From a virus: DNA of 40,517 nt. Position 1 is the first letter of the stretch; the number at the start of each line of letters is the position of its first letter. Both the position numbers and the translations under genes were made by a program. Of this stretch, positions 1 to 7,766 are shown piece after piece. The stretch covers positions 1-40,517 of IMG/VR virus record IMGVR_UViG_3300045988_127440; one strand, written 5' to 3'. Below the pieces are notes generated by a model. It worked only from the letters and a program-made list of their open reading frames with translations. It was not told where the DNA came from and made no database searches.

Positions 1-119
1 GCCATGCTCCCACACTCCTGTTATAATATTATTAAGGAATTTGTCGGAATGTGAAAGCATTCCTTTTTTTATGTCAATTATTTGTATCTTACATGCATAA
101 TCTACTTACTATCCACAAA
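1..119. repeat. Terminal direct repeat, copy 1 (identical to 40399-40517)
   Basis: The first 119 nt (gccatgctcccacactcctg...atccacaaa) recur verbatim as the last 119 nt, implying a closed circular unit of about 40398 bp. Confidence 0.9.
46..70 (+). terminator. Hairpin GGAATG-N6-CATTCC followed by T7 (plus-strand orientation)
   Basis: ggaatgtgaaagcattcc followed by ttttttt. An alternative 5' arm AAGGAAT at 34-40 can pair with the same 3' arm. Confidence 0.5.
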
Positions 120-155
120 CTTATAATAAATATAATTATTGCATCTGCTATTGCT

Positions 156-341
156 CTATTCATGAAATCCTCCTCTTATAATCCAATCCTCTGGAACTTC
201 CTCTTGAGTACAATCTCCTAATATTTCATGTATAGGACAATTCCCAAATTTTCGCATATAATTGCAATCCTTGCTTGGTATAGATTTACAAGTTTTCTTA
301 ATTAATTCAAGTGCTTTTATTAACTCTTTTCTGTCTTCCAT
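156..341 (-). CDS. Small Cys-rich hypothetical protein (61 aa)
   Basis: ORF track. GGAGGA RBS upstream. Cys motifs CKSIPSKDCNY...GNCPIHEILGDC. Confidence 0.5.
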   Translation of the reverse strand: MEDRKELIKALELIKKTCKSIPSKDCNYMRKFGNCPIHEILGDCTQEEVPEDWIIRGGFHE

Positions 342-454
342 TAATCTTCCTCCAATTCCTTTTCAGCTAATTTAATCGCTTCCAATGTGCTATATCCCTT
401 TTCTATGTATTTCTTAGCCAGTTCGACTAATTCTTTGTATCTTGCTAATATCAA
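341..454 (-). CDS. Possible 37-aa helical protein (TTG start), not in ORF track
   Basis: Hand translation (L/M)ILARYKELVELAKKYIEKGYSTLEAIKLAEKELEED. AGGGGA RBS 7 nt upstream. Its stop overlaps the next start as TAATG (translational coupling). Confidence 0.3.
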   Translation of the reverse strand: MILARYKELVELAKKYIEKGYSTLEAIKLAEKELEED

Positions 455-458
455 TTAA

Positions 459-644
459 TCATCCCCTTTTTAATCCTTGTAATTCTTCAAGTTTCTTACA
501 ATCAATATACTTGCATTTATCTTTACAGTTATGTTTTATAATCGTTCCTTCTCCATATGCTCCTACTATTTGTGGTCCTAAATAGTTGCTGCAGTATTTA
601 TCGCCAGTTTCTTTTTTAAAGTATTTACATTTCATCTTTATCAC
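459..644 (-). CDS. Small Cys-rich hypothetical protein (61 aa)
   Basis: ORF track. Seven Cys residues (CKYFKK...KYCSNY...HNCKDKCKYIDC). Confidence 0.5.
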   Translation of the reverse strand: MIKMKCKYFKKETGDKYCSNYLGPQIVGAYGEGTIIKHNCKDKCKYIDCKKLEELQGLKRG

Positions 645-673
645 CTAATTTTCTGTATTGCTCTGCCATATAC

Positions 674-955
674 TTACCCCCTATTTTCCAGTTTTTTTGC
701 GATTCTGTTTTGTTTATATGCTATCCACTTTTGTACTTCTAAAGCATCAATATCATATAATTCTTTAAGCCATTCAATTCCTATTAGTACATCAGCTATT
801 TCCTCTGCCATGTTGTCAGCATCCAATTTGCCTCGTTTTGCTTTGCTTATTGCTTGAATTAATTCTGCACATTCTTCCATTGCGATAGTTGTAAATAATT
901 CCTCATTTTCTGATGCCTTCATGAAGTATTTTATTGTATTTTCTTTTTTATTCAT
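674..955 (-). CDS. mazG: MazG-like nucleotide pyrophosphohydrolase (copy 1)
   Basis: Motifs EECAELIQAISKAKRGK and AEEIADVLIGI are typical of the all-alpha MazG/NTP-PPase fold. Confidence 0.75.
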   Translation of the reverse strand: MNKKENTIKYFMKASENEELFTTIAMEECAELIQAISKAKRGKLDADNMAEEIADVLIGIEWLKELYDIDALEVQKWIAYKQNRIAKKLENRG

Positions 956-962
956 TTTTTCT

Positions 963-1163
963 CTATTCCTTTACATTTATTTGTTCCATAGATACTCTAG
1001 CTGTTCTTCCTCTGCTATCTACTCTATCAAAGCTTTCTCTTTCGATAAAAACAAATTCTTTTGTCTTTTTATCAACAGCTATGTATAATCCAGTTTGTTC
1101 TAATAATCCTTTTAATACTGTGCATATCATTGTAACAGCACTTTCCATTTCTTCTTTATTCAT
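963..1163 (-). CDS. Hypothetical protein (66 aa)
   Basis: ORF track. Tightly packed in the minus-strand operon. Confidence 0.5.
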   Translation of the reverse strand: MNKEEMESAVTMICTVLKGLLEQTGLYIAVDKKTKEFVFIERESFDRVDSRGRTARVSMEQINVKE

Positions 1164-1172
1164 GCTTTCCTC

Positions 1173-2093
1173 CTAATACTTAACTCCTATGTAATCTAAT
1201 ACTTCACCTAACTTTAATTTGTTAATGCAATAGTTATATTGCTTTGTATGTGTTTTCTTTAGTCTTTGTATTCTATTAGGTGTTGTATCGCACTGTATTC
1301 CGTATAAGCAGTAAATACAACCTGTCCTTTCGCATCCAGTAGTGCTATATGTACATTCATCAAGTAAATTTTTATCTTCTATAACTTCACCATAAACACT
1401 TGCTATTTTTAGATCATTCTTATAAATGTACTCTAGTACATCTTGTTGCTTCCAAAATCCAAGTGGTGTACTTACAGGTCTTTTGCTTTCAAATGCATTA
1501 CACCCATGTTGTAAGTAACTTTGTTGTCTTAAACTACTTTCTTCTGCCATAGTTCCAATAATAGGAACTTTACCTGTTTCTTTTTCAAATTTCTTTACAG
1601 GTCGTTTTTTCATAACTTCGCAGCATTTATTTGATATTTCAAACGGTGCATCTATTAAGTAATGATACTTATTAGGAAGTTTAAATCTCCCTTTACTGTC
1701 TCCATATAATCGTCTTTGTCTCATTTTTTTAGTACTATGTCTTATTTCATATATGTATTGACTATTTTCTTTACTGATTACTGGATAGCCATATGTATTT
1801 ATAACCTGTTTAAAATTCATTTCTGGCTTAAGAATGGTAACACTTTTAAAAGTTTTAACAAATTTATAAATCTCTGGATATTCAAGTCCTGTATTTATAA
1901 AAACTGCTTCGATATTAGGATATATACTTCTTACTATGTCTAATAAAACTGTACTATCCTTTCCACCACTAAAACTTATATATGTTCCATTCTCACCATA
2001 ATAATCAACCCATTCTCTAATTCGTTGTTTTGTTCTCTCTATTTTCATTTCTAAAGGATAATTTTGTAATATCCTTAACTCATTTAAGTTCAA
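1173..2093 (-). CDS. PAPS reductase-like PP-loop ATPase with C-terminal Cys cluster
   Basis: PP-loop SFSGGKDSTVLLDIV. C-terminal CERTGCIYCLYGIQC resembles an Fe-S ligand set (DndC/IbrA-like architecture). TTG start with AGGTG RBS. Confidence 0.8.
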   Translation of the reverse strand: MNLNELRILQNYPLEMKIERTKQRIREWVDYYGENGTYISFSGGKDSTVLLDIVRSIYPNIEAVFINTGLEYPEIYKFVKTFKSVTILKPEMNFKQVINTYGYPVISKENSQYIYEIRHSTKKMRQRRLYGDSKGRFKLPNKYHYLIDAPFEISNKCCEVMKKRPVKKFEKETGKVPIIGTMAEESSLRQQSYLQHGCNAFESKRPVSTPLGFWKQQDVLEYIYKNDLKIASVYGEVIEDKNLLDECTYSTTGCERTGCIYCLYGIQCDTTPNRIQRLKKTHTKQYNYCINKLKLGEVLDYIGVKY

Positions 2094-2467
2094 TATTCAC
2101 ACCTATATAAATCAATTTCTTAATCTATATAGGTAATGGATAGGCTTCCCAACCGAGTGTTTGACTTACTCCTTATATCCACTCAGGCTATTTAAATCCA
2201 TTTTACATTTCATTCACTCACCTAAAACGATTCACATTACCTCAATGCGGTTTGTCAAACTATTGGACTAAGTAATCCTCAAATCTCATAACCTTGTTTA
2301 CAAGGATTTGTAAATATTGAATTTTATTTATTTTCATAGACTTTCACCTCTATATAAAACATAACTGGTCACTAACTGTTAGCATTTCTCTTTGTGCCTT
2401 TATCATATTCCCTCCTAAAAGAATGTCAGTTGATTATATTTCACTTGAGCTCCAATCATTTTTTCAC

Positions 2468-2734
2468 CTAATCTACTACTAAGTAATTTCTTATATCTCC
2501 GTTTTTAAAATATATTTTTATTTCTCCATGATCTAATAAATTATCAAAATATATTTTTATATCTTTCTTAATAATTAATTGTTTCAAAGAGTTTATATAA
2601 TTTGTTCTTTTTACTTTGTCTGTTATGTTTTTTTCGAGTTTAATTGCTAATATAGCATTAGTCATTTCCGACATTTCTATTGCCTGTATATCATTTGCTA
2701 TATATATTAGTCTTTCTTTTGTTATCTCTTTCAT
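2468..2734 (-). CDS. Hypothetical protein (88 aa)
   Basis: ORF track. AGGAGG-like RBS. Confidence 0.5.
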   Translation of the reverse strand: MKEITKERLIYIANDIQAIEMSEMTNAILAIKLEKNITDKVKRTNYINSLKQLIIKKDIKIYFDNLLDHGEIKIYFKNGDIRNYLVVD

Positions 2735-2744
2735 TTAAACCTCC

Positions 2745-3305
2745 TTATGCTGTTATTCCTAATTCAATCAGTTTTATTTTAGCTTTATCTATTCTATGTT
2801 TAATTGTATTTTTTTCTACTCCAATCATTTTTGCTATTTCTATATTTTTATAACCTTCTGATTTCTTTATAATGATTTTTCTTATGTCATATATTTCGAT
2901 TTCTATTTTTTTTAGTACTTTTAATAAATGTTCTAAATCAACTTTAGAAGTATAGTCATCTTTTTCATAAATCATAAGGTCTTTAAATGTTAAACCTTCT
3001 TCATCTTCAATATAATCATCTATTGAATTTTTGCACGTATATTCTACTTTTCTTTTTAAAGTTTTTTGTTTTGCTACATAGCAATTTATTTCACTTTTTA
3101 TGCATGTATAAGCATATGTACTAAATTTAGCACCTTTACTTGGATTAAATGTATTAATAGCTTTTGCTAATCCAATCATACCTTCTTCTATGTAGTTTTC
3201 TCTATCGCTTTCTGTAGTTTTTTCATAAGTAAATTCTTTGTTTACAACTAAATAAACTAATCCTAAATTTTCTTCTGCTAATTTGTTTTTTTCTTCTGTA
3301 TTCAA
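2745..3305 (-). CDS. Sigma-70 family RNA polymerase sigma factor (regions 2 and 4 only, 186 aa)
   Basis: Region 2 motif EEGMIGLAKAINTFNPSKGAKFSTYAYTCIKSEI. Region 4 HTH IEIAKMIGVEKNTIKHRIDKAKIKL. TTG start. Confidence 0.8.
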   Translation of the reverse strand: MNTEEKNKLAEENLGLVYLVVNKEFTYEKTTESDRENYIEEGMIGLAKAINTFNPSKGAKFSTYAYTCIKSEINCYVAKQKTLKRKVEYTCKNSIDDYIEDEEGLTFKDLMIYEKDDYTSKVDLEHLLKVLKKIEIEIYDIRKIIIKKSEGYKNIEIAKMIGVEKNTIKHRIDKAKIKLIELGITA

Positions 3306-3320
3306 TTTCTTTATATCCTC

Positions 3321-3578
3321 CTATATAAAACTTAGTTGTTCATACTTGATTGTTTTTATTTCTTCTTTTTCAAATTCTTCTGCTGGATCCTTCCAACTAA
3401 TTCGGCCACATGTATAACTACAATTTTTCGTTCTATCACAATCTTTACAACATTGATTTTTGCATAATGTATCGGCATCAAAGTACCAACTTTCTATCAT
3501 TTCTACTAACTGCAACTCTTTTACCGAATCCATTCTCTCGCAGCCTAAAGTTGTAAGATTTTCACATTCAAATTCCAT
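3321..3578 (-). CDS. Cys-rich hypothetical protein (85 aa)
   Basis: ORF track. CKNQCCKDCDRTKNCSYTCG cluster. Confidence 0.5.
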   Translation of the reverse strand: MEFECENLTTLGCERMDSVKELQLVEMIESWYFDADTLCKNQCCKDCDRTKNCSYTCGRISWKDPAEEFEKEEIKTIKYEQLSFI

Positions 3579-3580
3579 TG

Positions 3581-3907
3581 TTATATACCTATTTTTTTAT
3601 TTTCTCTATTCTCTTTTATTCTTTCAAGCTGTCTTTCAAGTTTATCGTCAATATCTTCTATAGCTGCTTCAAATATATCATCATCTAGTTCTGTTAATTG
3701 ATTAAGCATAATCCAAACATCTGCTACTTCCTCTGCTACATGATATATAAGCCCAAGTACATCAGGATTGTCTCCTCTTTTCCATTTCATAATAGCTTGA
3801 ATTAATTCAGAACATTCTTCTACTGTTTGGTCTAGTTGTTTTTCTAATCCATAATGATTAGCTATTTCTTTTATGGAACTTTCCTTAAATTCATCTATTT
3901 GTATCAC
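3581..3907 (-). CDS. mazG: MazG-like nucleotide pyrophosphohydrolase (copy 2)
   Basis: EECSELIQAIMKWKRG and AEEVADVWIML. Paralogous to 674-955. Confidence 0.75.
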   Translation of the reverse strand: MIQIDEFKESSIKEIANHYGLEKQLDQTVEECSELIQAIMKWKRGDNPDVLGLIYHVAEEVADVWIMLNQLTELDDDIFEAAIEDIDDKLERQLERIKENRENKKIGI

Positions 3908-3921
3908 TTTTTCACTCTCCT

Positions 3922-4377
3922 TTATATATTTAAATATCTTTTAATAACTTGTATAGCTTCTTCGCAACTATAACACACTTTTACTTCATATCCTTGCTCC
4001 ATTAATGCCCTAATCCATTTCTTTTGATTGTCGGTGCATTTGTTACGCCCAACTTTCATCTCTATAAATAGTGCTGCTTTTCCATTTCTAGGAACAAATA
4101 ATGCTAGATCTGGAAATCCTGCTTGTAATCCTAAACGTTTCAGTTCTGCTCCATATCTCGGACTTCTTTTACCTTCATTTGGAACATGCATAAGCATTTT
4201 TAACTCTGAGTATTTCTTTTCTTGGAACTTGGCCCATTGTATTAGGGCCTTTTGTTCTTGCGCTTCTGTTGTCTTAGGTTTATTTGTTTTGCCTTTATCT
4301 GCTCTCTTAATTCCTTCTAGCGCCGTTAAATCTGTATACCCTTCTCCATTTTTATTTAGTGCATATCTCTCTTCCAT
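3922..4377 (-). CDS. VRR-NUC domain nuclease
   Basis: GFPDLALFVP...ALFIEMK...TDNQKKW matches the PD-(D/E)xK VRR-NUC signature. Confidence 0.8.
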   Translation of the reverse strand: MEERYALNKNGEGYTDLTALEGIKRADKGKTNKPKTTEAQEQKALIQWAKFQEKKYSELKMLMHVPNEGKRSPRYGAELKRLGLQAGFPDLALFVPRNGKAALFIEMKVGRNKCTDNQKKWIRALMEQGYEVKVCYSCEEAIQVIKRYLNI

Positions 4378-4385
4378 ATTTCCTC

Positions 4386-4784
4386 CTATTTTGCTGTTCT
4401 GTATGGTGCTAACATTGTCACTAATTTATGTACTAATATTTTTTTGTCTTTTGTTATTTTCGCCTCACTGTTTATCGTTGGTCCTCTTTTTTCTTCTGCA
4501 CGATATTCTTCTCTACAAGTATTACTACAAAATCTTTGATTTGCTCTATTACTTGTAAATTCTTTGCCACAATAATCGCATATTTTTTTATTCGCATTTT
4601 TTATGAAATTTATTTCCCATGTATTTTTATAAGGTTTTTCTTGTCTTATAGCTGATGCTACAGCTCCAGCGTATATTTTCTTGTTATATATACCTGTAAG
4701 ATACTTTGCTACTGCATTTTGGCCTGTAAACTCTAATACTTCACCAGTTTTTATGTTTTTTACTACAACCAAATTTTCACTCAT
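4386..4784 (-). CDS. Putative DNA-binding protein with C-terminal zinc ribbon
   Basis: CDYCGKEFTS...RFCSNTCREEY motif. N-terminal NUMOD-like segment. Confidence 0.5.
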   Translation of the reverse strand: MSENLVVVKNIKTGEVLEFTGQNAVAKYLTGIYNKKIYAGAVASAIRQEKPYKNTWEINFIKNANKKICDYCGKEFTSNRANQRFCSNTCREEYRAEEKRGPTINSEAKITKDKKILVHKLVTMLAPYRTAK

Positions 4785-4786
4785 TG

Positions 4787-5329
4787 CTATTCTCCCCTTC
4801 TCTTTACTTTTTTTGTTTCTAGTGATTTCAAATAGACTTGCAACTCCTCAGGGCTTAGTTTATATTCTTTTACTTTGCTGCATTTTTTCTCACTTTCGTA
4901 ATTGCCCTTTAACTTTATTTCTCCAGCTTGTAAGAAGAATACACCACCGTTGTTATGTCTTGGTTTTATTTTTTGAACTGTCACCTCGTCATGTTTTTTA
5001 GATTCTCTTCTCAAGCATCCACAACTTTTGGTTATTCCGTGTTGCAGATTACTTTCTCTTACCACTGTTGTATTTCCACATTCACATTGACATTTCCAGT
5101 ATCTTCTACTTTTTTCTGCATGATCTAGTTCTAATACAACTAATTTCCCATATATTTTACCTGTCAAATCTACTACTTTTGGCTGTCTAGCAAGTCCCAT
5201 ATCCTTTATGTATTTTCTTATAGTGCTTTTATCTCTATTTAGTTCGTATGAAATATTTAAAATGCTTAATCCTTTGCTATGCAATCTTTTTATTTTTCTC
5301 TTTTCTATATCTGATAGTCTTTGTGCCAT
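4787..5329 (-). CDS. HTH DNA-binding protein with Cys-rich phage domain
   Basis: N-terminal HTH LSILNISYELNRDKSTIRKYI. Motif GKLVVLE...WKCQCECGN...SCGC is common in phage regulators. Confidence 0.55.
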   Translation of the reverse strand: MAQRLSDIEKRKIKRLHSKGLSILNISYELNRDKSTIRKYIKDMGLARQPKVVDLTGKIYGKLVVLELDHAEKSRRYWKCQCECGNTTVVRESNLQHGITKSCGCLRRESKKHDEVTVQKIKPRHNNGGVFFLQAGEIKLKGNYESEKKCSKVKEYKLSPEELQVYLKSLETKKVKRRGE

Positions 5330-5368
5330 TTGATTACCCCCTTCTGAGGGACTAACAAGCCCCTGTAG

Positions 5369-5569
5369 TTACTTTATAGTTTTTATATGCTCCAATAAAC
5401 GTCCTTGAACTTCTGCAATGGTTTTTATTTCCTCATAAGTGCTATTTTTCTTGCATTTTTCTAGTTCTAAAACAATTAGTAATTCTATTTCCTTTGGTGT
5501 TTTGCCGTAAAATCCTAATTCTTTTATAAGTTTTATGGTTTTTTCGTTGTAATTTTTATACAGTTCCAT
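5369..5569 (-). CDS. Hypothetical protein (66 aa)
   Basis: ORF track. Confidence 0.45.
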   Translation of the reverse strand: MELYKNYNEKTIKLIKELGFYGKTPKEIELLIVLELEKCKKNSTYEEIKTIAEVQGRLLEHIKTIK

Positions 5570-5580
5570 CTCCGCACCCC

Positions 5581-6912
5581 CTATTTATTTCCTATAGGAT
5601 AATACATTAATTCCTTTCCGCAGAACAGATAATATCTAGACCCTTTATCTCCATCTCGATTCTTATCCAGAATGACTTCAACTAATGTATAGCCTTTTTC
5701 TTTTTTATCCCTCATGCTTTCAATAAACTCTTCTAGTCTAGTGCCTTCATTAAAACCTGTTCTTTTCCATGCTTGCTCTAATTCCTTCTCTTCTGTAACT
5801 TCATGTATGTAAACCACTTGATTGCTATCTTGGTATATTGCCCTTGATTCTCTACAATAAGTTTCTCCATGTGGTCTATAATTTCCAGTACCTTTATCCG
5901 CTAACTGTGTTAGTTGTATTACTATCATGTTGAAATCTAATGTTATATTCTTTAATTCCCTCGATAATTCCGCCACCTGTCGTTCTCTAGAGACTTTTGT
6001 ATCTGTTGGAGTTAATAGTTGTACATAATCTACTATCAGTACGTCTGGCTTATACATTCTTAGTGCCTTTTTAATTTGTGCTATCGTGCTTATACTATCG
6101 TCTATTCTTAGCTTATCTGTATTCAAACTTTCCATAGTCTCTATTATTTTTTTGGTTTTGTCTGAGGATAACTCTCCGCTGCGATATTCTTGTCTTGTTA
6201 CCCCTGCATAACTTAGTAAAATTCTCTCGGCTACTTGCTCTTTACTCATTTCTCTACTAACTATTAAGACTTTTTTACCCTGTTTTAGCATATTAATAGC
6301 CATTCTTAAGCTCATAGCACTTTTACCAACTCCACTTTTAGCTCCTATAGTAAGTAATTCTTTTTTAGCTAGGCCACCTTCTGTTAGCTTGTCCACTATT
6401 TTTATTCCAGTTAATACACGTTCTATCTTTTCCCCTAGCTTGTCAAACATATTTGCTATTATAGAACTCAATGCATTGTCTTCATCTACTTCTTTATTTG
6501 TCTTTGTGCCAGTTTCAAAAGTGTTAATGCAAGTATTTATATTTTTCCCTGTTTGAATCCCCTCTATAAGGCTTTTAGCAAGTTCTATCGTGTCTCTTTT
6601 TTGTTTCATTTCTTTTATTTCAACAATATAAAATTCTATATTACTTGCTGTTGTAGCATATTGGTTTAAATTCGTTATATACATCATTTCAACTGTATTA
6701 TCTATTTGTTCTATCTTATTTACTAAACTTATTAGATCAATCGGTGATTTTTCTTTATCCAGTAGCTTCATTGCTTTATAAATAACTCTGTTATATTCGA
6801 AATAAAAAGTTTCTTCTGATAAATCCTGTATTACTTCAAATAAGTTAGGTTCTAACAATACCATCCCGAGAACTATTCTTTCATATTCTAAATTGTATAA
6901 ATAATTGTTCAT
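5581..6912 (-). CDS. dnaB: Replicative DNA helicase, DnaB family
   Basis: Walker A GAKSGVGKSAM, Walker B LIVDYVQL, DnaB N-terminal domain. 443 aa. Confidence 0.9.
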   Translation of the reverse strand: MNNYLYNLEYERIVLGMVLLEPNLFEVIQDLSEETFYFEYNRVIYKAMKLLDKEKSPIDLISLVNKIEQIDNTVEMMYITNLNQYATTASNIEFYIVEIKEMKQKRDTIELAKSLIEGIQTGKNINTCINTFETGTKTNKEVDEDNALSSIIANMFDKLGEKIERVLTGIKIVDKLTEGGLAKKELLTIGAKSGVGKSAMSLRMAINMLKQGKKVLIVSREMSKEQVAERILLSYAGVTRQEYRSGELSSDKTKKIIETMESLNTDKLRIDDSISTIAQIKKALRMYKPDVLIVDYVQLLTPTDTKVSRERQVAELSRELKNITLDFNMIVIQLTQLADKGTGNYRPHGETYCRESRAIYQDSNQVVYIHEVTEEKELEQAWKRTGFNEGTRLEEFIESMRDKKEKGYTLVEVILDKNRDGDKGSRYYLFCGKELMYYPIGNK

Positions 6913-6920
6913 AAATCCTC

Positions 6921-7658
6921 CTATTCCCCAGGTCCATTTATCAAGTCTAGCAAGTCTAATGATGATTCGATTTTTGTAGTTGGTTTAACTGATTCACTTG
7001 GTTGGTAGTTTTCATCTAAATAATCTATATAAGCTCCATTAAAAAATGTGCTTCCATGTTTTATATATTGCTTGTCTGTATTTTCTTTTTCTTTAGCATA
7101 TCTTTTTACTGCTCTTTCTAATTCTTCTACACTTATCTTTTCTTTTGTAAGTATTCTTTTAATGTACTTATAGGCTTTAGCTTTATCTTTCTTATTAGGA
7201 TATAATTTCCATATATTATCTATAACATCTAAAGAAATAACAGCATTATTATTTGTATTATTAATATATGTATTATTATCCTTAACCTTTTCTTCCATAG
7301 GGGTATGGAACTTTTCTTCCATAGGGTATGGAACTTTTGGTGAAGGGGTATGGAACTTTTCTTCCATAGGTTTACTTATATACAACCTTCTTTCTTCTAT
7401 ACTTTTGTTTCCTTCTTTATATATGATTTGTGATTTTATATATCCCTTTTGTATTAGCTGGTTTATCCATTTTGAAATAGATTTCTTAGATACCTTATAT
7501 AACTCTGCAAAGTAATTATTACTAGCCCAGCAATAACCTTTTTCATTACATAAAGCAGTTATTTCCCCATATAGTAGCTTTGCATTAGGAGTTAAATCAT
7601 TATCATATCTTACATTAGCTGGAATTATCGCATAATAAGATTTTTGTAATTCATTCAT
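6921..7658 (-). CDS. Replication initiator / replisome organizer (N-terminal wHTH, DnaD-like C-terminus)
   Basis: YYAIIPANVRYD...LYGEITALCNEKGYCWASNNYFAELYKVSKKSISKWINQL, and a C-terminal W..YP.KK.K motif. Contains three PMEEKFHTP repeats encoded by the iteron array. Confidence 0.7.
   Translation of the reverse strand: MNELQKSYYAIIPANVRYDNDLTPNAKLLYGEITALCNEKGYCWASNNYFAELYKVSKKSISKWINQLIQKGYIKSQIIYKEGNKSIEERRLYISKPMEEKFHTPSPKVPYPMEEKFHTPMEEKVKDNNTYINNTNNNAVISLDVIDNIWKLYPNKKDKAKAYKYIKRILTKEKISVEELERAVKRYAKEKENTDKQYIKHGSTFFNGAYIDYLDENYQPSESVKPTTKIESSLDLLDLINGPGE
7286..7370. repeat. Iteron-like array inside the initiator gene (candidate ori)
   Basis: Three copies of GGTATGGAACTTTTCTTCCATAGG (one degenerate). 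Each has the inverted arms TATGGAA/TTCCATA. Confidence 0.7.
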
Positions 7659-7708
7659 TATCTGCTCCCCCTTTTATAAAATGTCAAATTTCGTATCTTT
7701 ATAGTTAT

Positions 7709-7737
7709 ATTATACTATTTTTGTCTTACATTGTAAA
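7709..7737 (-). promoter_or_regulatory. Candidate promoter of the replication module (TTTACA-17-TATAAT on the minus strand)
   Basis: -35 lies in the palindrome TTACATTGTAA, between two TTGTCTTACA direct repeats (7721-7730, 7741-7750). Confidence 0.45.
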
Positions 7738-7766
7738 TACTTGTCTTACAAAATAATATAATGATA

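Noticed and set aside
1-119. The terminal repeats as IS or transposon ends, or as LTRs
   Set aside because: The repeats are direct, not inverted. They split a gene and contain no transposase. Assembly overlap of a circular molecule explains them.
4028-4558. Plus-strand ORF of 176 aa, together with the many similar antisense ORFs: 934-1176, 1716-1943, 3460-3663, 4681-5001, 8869-9057, 9742-9954, 12799-13011, 17885-18088, 20868-21283, 21723-21968, 23276-23551, 24419-24652, 24813-25073, 25990-26292, 27136-27738, 27865-28374, 28483-28852, 29862-30125, 30323-30514, 32211-32402, 33802-34032 and 35527-35919
   Set aside because: All lie antisense to long, motif-bearing genes. Their Leu/Phe/Ser/Ile-rich compositions are typical of shadow frames in AT-rich DNA, and they lack RBSs.
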